DNA of 64,000 nucleotides from an uncultured delta proteobacterium. GTDB lineage: Bacteria; Desulfobacterota; Binatia; UBA9968. This document shows, piece by piece, positions 1 through 8,812 of this stretch. The stretch lies in the NCBI GenBank assembly GCA_963728565.1, contig CAVSLC010000025.1, positions 32,001 to 96,000 on the forward strand. The letters are read 5' to 3'. The translations under genes were made by a program, and so were the position numbers. Each line of letters begins with the position of its first letter. The first letter of the stretch is position 1. The notes below the pieces were generated by a model. That model searched no databases, had not been told where the DNA came from, and was given only the letters and a program-made list of their open reading frames with translations.

Positions 1-1
1 A

Positions 2-1732
2 TTTGTAGTCTTGGAGGCCTTACCTCTAACCCTTAACGGCAAAATCGATCGATCGAAGTTGCCACCGCCCGATCGCGCGAGACAGGAGATCGATCAAAGG
101 TTTGTTGAGCCTCTATCAGAGAATGAAGAGTTGGTCGCACAAATCTGGCGCGAAGTGCTCAAGCTCGACAAGATAGGCATCCACGACAACTTCTTCGAAT
201 TGGGCGGACACTCGCTTCTAGCAACTCAGGTAGCTGCGCGGCTCAGCGATGCCTTCAATCGAGAAATTCCGTTGAAGACTCTCTTCGACGCGCCAAGCGT
301 CGCGATGCTGACGGAAAGCCTTGAAAGCATCATCAGGGATGGCAACACGCCCAAACTTCCGCCGATTGTTCCGATGGCCCGCGACCGGCCGCTGCCGTTA
401 TCTGTGAACCAGGAGCATTTGTGGCGTTTGGATCAGATGATTCCGGGCACGCATTTCTTCAATATGCCTTTTGTCTATCAGCTAAGCGGTTGTCTGAATA
501 TAAAAGCTCTCGAGAAAGCCATTGCGGAAATCATCAGGCGCCAGGAAGCGCTACGTACTGTCTTTATCGATACGGACGGCCGGCCAGCTCAAGTCATTGA
601 ACCGGCTTCTGACTTCCAACTGCCTGTCACCGATCTTCGAAGCCGCGCGGCGGCTAGCCTGGCAGAACATGCGGCTAGTTTGATACTGGAAGAACGGGAA
701 CAGCCGTTTGCTCTATCGAGAGGTCCACTCTTTAGGACAAAACTCCTGCGGTTGACCGATGATGATCATCTGTTTCTGATCACAATGCACCATATTATTG
801 GCGATCATTGGTCAATGTTGGTATTTCGTCGAGAGTTAGTCGTCCTCTACAAAGCCTTTTCCCATGGCCGCAGCGCTCCCTTACCCGAACTCTCCATTCA
901 GTTCGCCGACTTTGCGTGTTGGGAACGGCGGGCAATCGAACGAGGATCCATGAAACACCAGCTCGTGTACTGGAAGAAGCAGCTTGCTGCGCCTGCGCCC
1001 GAGCTTAGGTTTCAGAGAGATGGGAGACGGCGAAAGCGGCTACCCTTTCAGATCTGCCGGCAATCCATGGAGTTTGATGAAAATCTGTTTGTCTCGGTTA
1101 AAGCGCTGGCGCGTAAGGAGAACTGCACACCTTTTTTGATCGTGCTCACAGCTTTAAACGCGATGCTTTACCTTTACACCCGAGAGACGGATATTCCGAT
1201 AGGCACGCTGGTGGCCAACCGGCGCCGACCGGGAACGGAAGGATTGATCGGCCACTTTGTTAACACTGTCGTGCTACGCACCCGATTTTCGCCCGAGATG
1301 ACCTTTAGTCAATTATTAGCACAGGTACGAGAGGTTACCCTCTCAGCCCATGCGCACCAGGAGCTTCCGTTTGAACACTTAGCCCATAGATTAGACCGAA
1401 AGAAAAACACGAGAAGTGGCTCGCTCTTTCAGGTCCTATTCATCTATCAGAATTGGAGCTTTCCGTCTCAAGATACAGCTGGCCTTAGTCTTGCCTCTGT
1501 AGATATGCGTCAAGCAGCAGCCGAACAGGAATTAATGCCTACAACGTTTGACTTGATTTTTAATCTAAGGGAAGCGTCAACGATGTTAACAGGAACTATC
1601 AACTATAAAGTCGAAAGTGTTGACGAGGACATCGTTCGCAGGATGCGTGGATCGTTTGGCGAGGTGTTGCAAAGGATGATAGCTCACATAGGGCAACGGT
1701 TTGCAAATCTTTCTGTGGATGTGGAGATTTAG
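2..1732 (+). CDS. NRPS C-terminal part (end of A domain, PCP, terminal condensation domain); 5'-truncated by window
   Basis: Frame open from base 2; A10 motif LPLTLNGKIDR; PCP motif DNFFELGGHSL; C-domain motif HHIIGDHWS; no TE domain. Confidence 0.93.
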   Translation, partial: FVVLEALPLTLNGKIDRSKLPPPDRARQEIDQRFVEPLSENEELVAQIWREVLKLDKIGIHDNFFELGGHSLLATQVAARLSDAFNREIPLKTLFDAPSVAMLTESLESIIRDGNTPKLPPIVPMARDRPLPLSVNQEHLWRLDQMIPGTHFFNMPFVYQLSGCLNIKALEKAIAEIIRRQEALRTVFIDTDGRPAQVIEPASDFQLPVTDLRSRAAASLAEHAASLILEEREQPFALSRGPLFRTKLLRLTDDDHLFLITMHHIIGDHWSMLVFRRELVVLYKAFSHGRSAPLPELSIQFADFACWERRAIERGSMKHQLVYWKKQLAAPAPELRFQRDGRRRKRLPFQICRQSMEFDENLFVSVKALARKENCTPFLIVLTALNAMLYLYTRETDIPIGTLVANRRRPGTEGLIGHFVNTVVLRTRFSPEMTFSQLLAQVREVTLSAHAHQELPFEHLAHRLDRKKNTRSGSLFQVLFIYQNWSFPSQDTAGLSLASVDMRQAAAEQELMPTTFDLIFNLREASTMLTGTINYKVESVDEDIVRRMRGSFGEVLQRMIAHIGQRFANLSVDVEI

Positions 1733-1836
1733 TTCGCCGCGATAGCATTGTGTCGACGCCAACGCCGCAGATGTCTTTGTGTAGAGGCAAGAGAGTCAAC
1801 TTAACAATCCGCAATCTATTTGAATGGGGGTGACGT

Positions 1837-3942
1837 ATGTCATCGTTAACAAGCTGGGAACCGTCGGAACGCGCAGGACTTGGAGAATCATTGGAATACA
1901 TCCAGAGGTTGATCAGAGTGCCCTTGGATCATGATAACGAAAAAGAAGGTGAGTTCGATTTATACTACTTCATTCACAAACCCGTTGGATCAGTGAAAGA
2001 TGGTCTGAAAACTGTGCTCTTCTGCGCCGGCGGGCCAGGCCAAATAGTCCGGCCTCGCGATGAAAATTTATTGAAGTTTCTTAGAGATGAAAATACCGCT
2101 TATCGGATAGTCCATTTCCATCTTCGCGGCTCAGGCTTTAGCCAAATCCCACCAGATAGTGAGTCTGATAGATTTGTAAGAACATCCCAGGCGGTTCGAG
2201 ATATAGAAAGAATTCGTTTAGCCGTTCTTAAAGATCAACCATGGGACGGAATAGTTGGTTACAGTTATGGAACGGTGCTGGCACAGCAATATGCCAGTAA
2301 ATACAAACTAATGGTTCGAAAATTGATCCTGATCGGACCGCTATCGATGCACAAATTCAAGTCGCTCAAACCGGCAGAGGTAAAGGCTGCGTTCGATGTA
2401 TACGCAAAGGAGGTTCAGAAAGTTCGACAAACGGTGATAGGCAAGATTTACGAAAAGAATGAAGAATTTAAAGATAAGGTTTCCGAAGCCGACATAACCG
2501 AAATTGAAGCCAAGCTAGCGGACGTTTTTGACAGGATTGAAGGAAGCTTTGGCAGCGAAAAGTTTGTCGCCGACAAGCACAGCAAATTTTTTGATGATGG
2601 TAAGTTGGAGAAAGCGCAGTTGGAAAAGTACAGTAAACTCTTTTTCGAGAAGCTGTGCGAATTACGATTTATCGGCTGGCAACCCACTGAGATTGAGAAT
2701 CTCAGGGCTCGACAAGTGGAAGCGGCAAGGGTGATAGCGTTGGAATTAAAATCCGATGATCTTAGTTTAGGGGGTAAACTGGGCACCTTAGAGCCTAAAA
2801 ATGATTCCGCCGACGACCCTGTCGATGAATCATACAGAACGTTGTATGTAATGTGGGCCTACGACGGTTTTCGCCCGAGGTTTTTAAAAGAGTTGGCGGA
2901 AAGCAATCAAGATATCGGCGCCGCGCTCAAAAAGGGCGCCGAGAGAGTGGGCGGCAACGAGTTCATTGAAAAGATCGGGATCAGTAATGTCAAGCCAACG
3001 GTATGGGATCCCGCAGAGCATAAACACGACGTGCCGACTCTTATTTTAGAAGGAGATGCCGATCCTGTTACAGCAGATGGACAAGCGGAACATTACTTCG
3101 AGCAGGCTCTTACGGGGCCAAGAACTTTCATTAAGTTCGCAGGAGTTGGGCATGGATTCGATTTACCCCTGATCAACATCGAGAAGCCGTATCTAATCGG
3201 CTCGGTTCTTATCGATCCGAAGACCGTCAAAAAAGGGGAGAGCAACCTGGAGCTGTCGGGCTCGATTCCTAGTGTCGCTCGAATCATTGATAGTGGCGGA
3301 GGTGGAAACGATAGAGTCGCTGCAGTGAGCGGTTCCAATCTCGAATTTCAAGACGCCATAATACTCCGCGACAACAAAGTGTCTGTTAGGGTCATTAATC
3401 GCTCGGCTCAGGAAGAGGATACGGCGAATATCCATCTTACGATTAAGCACAATCTATTTACCGCCGGAGTCACCCTGAAAGACTCAAAGGTCCCTCGAAA
3501 AGGCAAGTCCTGGGTTTCCGGGACGTTTAAAATAAACGAGGAGAATTACGTTCTGAAACCACCGGCCAATCTGGAAGATGGGCTGGAGCTAATTGAAGAA
3601 TCTGTGCAATTGGAACTTCCCGATAAGGTGTCCCTTAAGATCAAAAACACCGCTGATCATGACGTGGAGGCTAAACCCAAAAATTGGATCTACATGCCGA
3701 CTCGTGGAGCAAAGTTTAAGGGCCCCTGTCAGGGGAAGGGTCTTCCTTCGCGAAATTGTCTAATCTATGCTTTTTTAGAGATGGAACATGAAGATTTCCG
3801 AAACCAGAAGTCTGAATTTCTGGAATTGGGCGGAGAAATACGTCAGTACATACGAACCATAGATCATCGTCCCGGCAAGACCGGTGAACAGATTCAATCG
3901 TCCAGTGAAATCTTTGAAAAGGTACCTGAGAATGTTTCATAG
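1837..3942 (+). CDS. Alpha/beta hydrolase (S33/TAP-like peptidase) with ~200-aa extra beta-rich region
   Basis: GGPG oxyanion motif, GYSYG nucleophile elbow, GDADPVT acid, GVGHG His. Confidence 0.8.
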   Translation: MSSLTSWEPSERAGLGESLEYIQRLIRVPLDHDNEKEGEFDLYYFIHKPVGSVKDGLKTVLFCAGGPGQIVRPRDENLLKFLRDENTAYRIVHFHLRGSGFSQIPPDSESDRFVRTSQAVRDIERIRLAVLKDQPWDGIVGYSYGTVLAQQYASKYKLMVRKLILIGPLSMHKFKSLKPAEVKAAFDVYAKEVQKVRQTVIGKIYEKNEEFKDKVSEADITEIEAKLADVFDRIEGSFGSEKFVADKHSKFFDDGKLEKAQLEKYSKLFFEKLCELRFIGWQPTEIENLRARQVEAARVIALELKSDDLSLGGKLGTLEPKNDSADDPVDESYRTLYVMWAYDGFRPRFLKELAESNQDIGAALKKGAERVGGNEFIEKIGISNVKPTVWDPAEHKHDVPTLILEGDADPVTADGQAEHYFEQALTGPRTFIKFAGVGHGFDLPLINIEKPYLIGSVLIDPKTVKKGESNLELSGSIPSVARIIDSGGGGNDRVAAVSGSNLEFQDAIILRDNKVSVRVINRSAQEEDTANIHLTIKHNLFTAGVTLKDSKVPRKGKSWVSGTFKINEENYVLKPPANLEDGLELIEESVQLELPDKVSLKIKNTADHDVEAKPKNWIYMPTRGAKFKGPCQGKGLPSRNCLIYAFLEMEHEDFRNQKSEFLELGGEIRQYIRTIDHRPGKTGEQIQSSSEIFEKVPENVS

Positions 3943-4014
3943 CCGGAAAACTGCTTGACAAGCGGAGCATCATGTTGTTAGGAATAACCGCAAAAGCGTA
4001 ACAAGGAGGTTGCC

Positions 4015-4251
4015 ATGACCCTTACCAGCCAAGCGCTCGAAGATGAAGACGCTGCGGATTACGAAAAAATCAAGAAAAGACATTTGCAACTAAGCTCAGA
4101 CAAGCAAAAGGAATTAGGCGACGAACAAGCGAAAATTGTTCAAGAGGCTATCGGCTCGGTCGATCCGGAGACTCGCGCTACAATAATTAAAAAGATGGCT
4201 CCGTTAATAAAGAGCCAGATCCTCACGAACCCTAAATTCAAGAACGCTTAA
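4015..4251 (+). CDS. Small hypothetical protein (78 aa)
   Basis: Strong RBS AAGGAGGT before ATG; TTGACA at 3955-3960. Confidence 0.65.
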   Translation: MTLTSQALEDEDAADYEKIKKRHLQLSSDKQKELGDEQAKIVQEAIGSVDPETRATIIKKMAPLIKSQILTNPKFKNA

Positions 4252-4516
4252 AAACGTTCTGTCAGACCGTATCAGAACCTGTTAAGGTTCTTCGTAATTC
4301 CCGGCTGCTCAGGGTTAGCGTGGGCTAGGTTTACCGCTTTTCGCTCCTGGGGTTTATTGAATTTGAAACTTGCGGCGAATCTGGCTGCCAGCCCAATTTG
4401 CTTATGTTTTCCATATTGTTATCGGGAATCCGCCACTGGAAATCCATAAACTAATCGTCAGGATGCTGGGGACACCCGCTATCGCTACATGAACGTTCTC
4501 CGCGGCGGCTTTTCCG

Positions 4517-6088
4517 TCAAATTCCCAACCTCTTTAATTTCTTGATCAACCCCTGGCGGCTGAGACCCAGGGCTTGGGCCGCTTTCTGTTTATTGCCGCC
4601 GGAGTCGCGCAGCGCTTCGGCGATCATGCGACGCTCGAGGGCTTCGACGGCATCGGGCAACGACTTGAACCAACGCGCCGGCGCCTCTGCGGCTTTTTCC
4701 ATTGCCGGCTTTGTCAGTGCGGCTGTCGAGCCTTCAGGGGGTTTCTCCGGAGTGCGAATGGACGGATCGATATGTTCCTCCCCAATAGTTTTTCCTCTAA
4801 CTGAAGCTACAAGGCGTTTGATCTCATTCTCTAGCTCCCGCTCGTTACCTGGCCAGTGATAACTTGTCAGGTACTCCAAGGCGGCCGGAGTAAACTGCTT
4901 TGGCTCGATCTTCATCGACTTGCAGTATTTCGCCAGAAAATGGTTTGCCAGCAGCGGAATATCTTCCGGTACTTCCCGCAAAGCCGGAGTTTCGATGTGG
5001 ATCACTTTTAAGCGGTAGTATAGGTCGACGCGGAAGTGTCCGTTCTTGATCTCGGCTTCCAGATCTTTGTTGGTGGCGGCGATGATGCGCAGGTCCAGGG
5101 GCAGCGCCGTTCGGCCGCCGACCCGGGTGAGAGACCTTTCCTGGAGTATGCGCAGAATCTTGGCTTGCGAGGGCAAACTGAGATCGCCGATTTCGTCGAG
5201 GAATAACGTGCCGCCTTGAGCCTCTTCGAACTTGCCGCTACGCCGGTCCACGCCGGTGGCGATGCCTCTTTCAATGCCGAACAATTCCGCTTCGACGATG
5301 CTCTCAGGCAGAGCCGCACAATTGACCGCGACAAACGGATGTTTTGCTCGCGGGCTGTTGTAGTGCAAGGCCTTGGCCACCAACTCTTTGCCGGTTCCAC
5401 TCTCGCCCTGAATCAGCACGTCGACCGAACTATCGCGAATTTGATCGATGAGGCGCACGACCGACTGAATGCGATGGCTCATGCCGATGATGTTTCGGGT
5501 CGAGAATTCCCCGCCGATTTCCTTCCCGACCTCCGCGCCTTGTGGATTCGGTATTGCCCTATCAATCTGTGTAGTCTCAATGGCATCGCAGATATGGGAG
5601 GCCAGTGACTGAAGGATCTCGGCATCCTCGTTGGTGAACATGCCGCTCTTTTTGTTGATGGCTTCGCCGACACCGATGATTTCGCCGAGGGAATTTCTGA
5701 TTGGCACGGCAAGCAGTGTTTTGGTGCGATAGCCGATCCTTTGATCGACTTCCTTGAAGAATAGCGGATGCTCGTAAGCATCGGCGACGTTGATCGTCTG
5801 GCCGTTCATCGCCGCTGCACCGGCTATGCCCAAGCGGGCATCGAACAGCAGAATTCTTTTCTCATTCTCATGGGTAATGACCGACCAGAGCTCGCATTTC
5901 TCGCGATCGAGAAGAAAAATGCTTGCCCGGTCGGCGTGAAGCAGCGCGGCAGCCTCGTTGGTGATCAGCTCCAGAAGAGAAATGATGTCCCCTACGGAGG
6001 TCATTCGTTTGCAGGCGTTGAGGACCGTTCGCAATTGTTCCAAGCGGGGCGTCTGGATTTCAGGAGAGGCTGGCACGGCTTCGTCCAT
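4517..6088 (-). CDS. GAF-domain sigma54-dependent activator (GAF, AAA+, Fis HTH)
   Basis: Walker A GESGTGKE, Walker B FLDEIG, DLYYRL, C-terminal HTH; GAFTGA loop reads GIATGV. Confidence 0.93.
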   Translation of the reverse strand: MDEAVPASPEIQTPRLEQLRTVLNACKRMTSVGDIISLLELITNEAAALLHADRASIFLLDREKCELWSVITHENEKRILLFDARLGIAGAAAMNGQTINVADAYEHPLFFKEVDQRIGYRTKTLLAVPIRNSLGEIIGVGEAINKKSGMFTNEDAEILQSLASHICDAIETTQIDRAIPNPQGAEVGKEIGGEFSTRNIIGMSHRIQSVVRLIDQIRDSSVDVLIQGESGTGKELVAKALHYNSPRAKHPFVAVNCAALPESIVEAELFGIERGIATGVDRRSGKFEEAQGGTLFLDEIGDLSLPSQAKILRILQERSLTRVGGRTALPLDLRIIAATNKDLEAEIKNGHFRVDLYYRLKVIHIETPALREVPEDIPLLANHFLAKYCKSMKIEPKQFTPAALEYLTSYHWPGNERELENEIKRLVASVRGKTIGEEHIDPSIRTPEKPPEGSTAALTKPAMEKAAEAPARWFKSLPDAVEALERRMIAEALRDSGGNKQKAAQALGLSRQGLIKKLKRLGI

Positions 6089-6119
6089 CCGGTTCTGAGT
6101 AACACATCAGCAAAAACGC

Positions 6120-6256
6120 TGTCAACGAAGGTGACGCACTGTCAACGCCGTCGCTGTCCTGTGGCTTGCGTGTCAAGGCAGGTCTTCTCGCGATCATGGG
6201 CGGTCGATACGGCCATGGCGGCCCCGGCCGGGGACGGGAGAGGCATTCCCATTGCG
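6120..6256 (+). promoter_or_regulatory. Putative sigma54 -24/-12 promoter with upstream activator sites
   Basis: AGGCATTCCCATTGCG at 6241-6256 (GG-N10-GC); TGTCAA at 6120, 6140, 6171; divergent from the activator gene. Confidence 0.55.
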
Positions 6257-6372
6257 GATTATGATTTCTCCTGGGATTGATGACCGGGGAGATAAACCAA
6301 TGATGATCGGCTGATAGTTACTTTGGGATATTGCTCATTATTAAGCCTCTGTCCCGTAGTGAGGACGATCCA

Positions 6373-7374
6373 CTACTCCCGGCCTGCTTGAAGCTCCGAG
6401 TAATTTTCGATCCCAAGTTGCCTTTTTCCCGTTTCAAGCTCATGAATCATCGCTAAGACTCTTCGGCACAGGCCAACAGAGAGATTCATCCTTTCGCCTT
6501 CGCGAACGACGTAGCCCAATGTGAAGTCTACTTCCGTCGGTACTCCTTTCTGAATCTGCCGCAGCGGCCCTTTGCGGTCATCGTCTTTCCACGACTTTGC
6601 CATTTCATTGATGACACCGAGCCTTCGGTCGATGGGAATACTTGGGTGAAGATCAGGCGGGTTGTATTCTGCGAGCCGAATAAAGCGTGCCCCGGCGGCA
6701 GTCCCTATTGCGACCACTTCGGTTAAGAAATCCGCGAGCAACCGCCGGTTAGCATCGCCGGCGCAACTGGTCGCCAGCGCGACATCGGCAAGGGACCCAA
6801 AGAAGCCAAGGCATGTATAAGTGAGCTTGCTCCAGAGCACGCCCAGGATGTTGTCGGAAATCTCGGTGTCTATCACTGGGTCCAGCAACTTGTGCAATCG
6901 ACTCAGCTGCGGCGTCGTCCTGCCGTGCAAATGGCCGATATACAGATGCCCGCGGGTGGAAGTTTGGACATGACCTGGAGCAACCCTGCGGCAACCCATG
7001 CGGATGGCGATACCCACGGTGCGCTCGGCGCCGACCTTTTCTTGGAGCAGGGGAGGATTGATGCCGTTTTGCATCGAGACCAGCAGCCCGTCATCGTTAA
7101 GGGCAGGGAGGACCGTTGCAAGCGCATCAGGAGTATAGTTCGAACGCACGGCAATAAAGCCGATATCGAACTTGCCCTTTATCTCCTGCGGAAAAACAAT
7201 GTTAACTTTGACGTTGAAGGCGCCGTCAGGAACGTCCACCTGCAGTCCATTAGCGCGAATGGCCTCGATGTGTTCTTTATCAACATCGACGAACATGATG
7301 TCATGGCCGGCGCGCGCTAAACGGCCGCCGATAATTCCGCCGATGGGCCCAGTTCCGATTACGATTATGCGCAT
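6373..7374 (-). CDS. 2-dehydropantoate 2-reductase family protein
   Basis: MRIIVIGTGPIGG Rossmann motif, MQNG, LWSKL, TEVD. Confidence 0.85.
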   Translation of the reverse strand: MRIIVIGTGPIGGIIGGRLARAGHDIMFVDVDKEHIEAIRANGLQVDVPDGAFNVKVNIVFPQEIKGKFDIGFIAVRSNYTPDALATVLPALNDDGLLVSMQNGINPPLLQEKVGAERTVGIAIRMGCRRVAPGHVQTSTRGHLYIGHLHGRTTPQLSRLHKLLDPVIDTEISDNILGVLWSKLTYTCLGFFGSLADVALATSCAGDANRRLLADFLTEVVAIGTAAGARFIRLAEYNPPDLHPSIPIDRRLGVINEMAKSWKDDDRKGPLRQIQKGVPTEVDFTLGYVVREGERMNLSVGLCRRVLAMIHELETGKRQLGIENYSELQAGRE

Positions 7375-7534
7375 AAAGAAGATCCTTTTTATGTTTGAAA
7401 TGACCGATTCCATTCTTATGCGAAATCAAGCAATGGGGTCAAATCGTTCCCGAGCCCATCCACGGGAGCCGCAGTCCCGGAGAATCTAGGGTCCTTGTCT
7501 TGACCCTGCTTTCACAAGGTCTCTATACTCAGTC

Positions 7535-8719
7535 ATGATACGCGCCGGAGTAGGATGGTCCACCGAAGCCTCCGCTGAGAAAGCCGTTGAGCAGGCTTTT
7601 GCCGCGGCTCTTGCCCGTGCAGAGATCAGGCAGGCTGATATGGCACTGATTGTTTTTACGGCGGAACACATGCGTGATCAGGAAAGACTTCGAAATGCTG
7701 TGTCTCACGCGTCCAACCACGCCGTCGTGGTCGGCTCCAGTGCCGCCGGTATTCTCACGGGCGAGGGCGAAGTCGAGGGCAGTCATGGGATCGCAGTACT
7801 TGCGCTTGCTTCCGATCAACTGCAAACGAACGCTTTTTTGTTTGAACCGCTGCGCGGGCATGATGCCGAAGCGGGAGCGAGAATAGCGAAACTCACCGGA
7901 CCCGGCCCGGGTGGCAATCTGCTCACAGTGCTTATGCCTGACAGCTACAATGGCCAGGCGCAGGAAATGCTGCAAGCGATGGCGCGCGAGATCGGCTACT
8001 CGCCGGTAATCGGAGCAGGCTCTTCGGAGAGTGGCGTTGCCGGCGCGACTTTTCAATTGTGCAACGATAAGGTTGCCACCAATGCCGTCACCGGCCTCCA
8101 TTTGTCGGGTTCGTTTGAGTCATTTATCGACATTACGCAAGGCTGCCAGCCGATTACCGAGCCGCTGGTGATCACCAGGGCCGATGGAAATATCATCTAT
8201 GAGATCGATAACCGTCCAGCGTTTGAGGTCTTTACCTCTGTGCTCAAGGGGCCGTTGCTCGAAGATCTCAGGCGGGCATTGATGTACGTATTCGTCGGCG
8301 TGCCAGCTGATCGCCGCAGGAATACCGTGGGCGGAGGCGAGTATCTAGTACGCAACATCATCGGCTTGGATTCCGAGAAAAAAATCATCGGTGTCGCGGA
8401 CGAAGTAACTGAAGGACAAGCGATGATTTTCACGTTGCGCGACGGGCATAGGGCGCGCGACGATCTGGGACAAATGCTAAAGCGTCAGGCGCAACGCCTG
8501 GACGGCAAAAAGCCGGTTTTCGGTGTTTACTTCAACTGTTGCGCGCGCGGCGCCTCGCTGTACGGCATCCCCGGCATCGACAGCGCTTACATTCGGCAGG
8601 TTCTGGGGGATTTCCCTTTGATCGGAATGTTTGGTGGATACGAGCTTGCGCCTCTGGGTGGCGCGAACCATCTTTTTGCCTATACAGGCGTCTTGGCGCT
8701 GATCGCAGAAGGGAATTGA
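7535..8719 (+). CDS. FIST domain signal transduction protein
   Basis: TQGCQPI, YLVRNIIG, FNCCARG, GMFGGYELAP motifs. Confidence 0.88.
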   Translation: MIRAGVGWSTEASAEKAVEQAFAAALARAEIRQADMALIVFTAEHMRDQERLRNAVSHASNHAVVVGSSAAGILTGEGEVEGSHGIAVLALASDQLQTNAFLFEPLRGHDAEAGARIAKLTGPGPGGNLLTVLMPDSYNGQAQEMLQAMAREIGYSPVIGAGSSESGVAGATFQLCNDKVATNAVTGLHLSGSFESFIDITQGCQPITEPLVITRADGNIIYEIDNRPAFEVFTSVLKGPLLEDLRRALMYVFVGVPADRRRNTVGGGEYLVRNIIGLDSEKKIIGVADEVTEGQAMIFTLRDGHRARDDLGQMLKRQAQRLDGKKPVFGVYFNCCARGASLYGIPGIDSAYIRQVLGDFPLIGMFGGYELAPLGGANHLFAYTGVLALIAEGN

Positions 8720-8812
8720 TCGGCGACTTAGAAAGGAGATCCGCAGCGGACTTCAAGCGACATTTCAGACGTGGTTAATACTGGTGCGAACAGAGGGAAT
8801 CATCGCCTCTAA

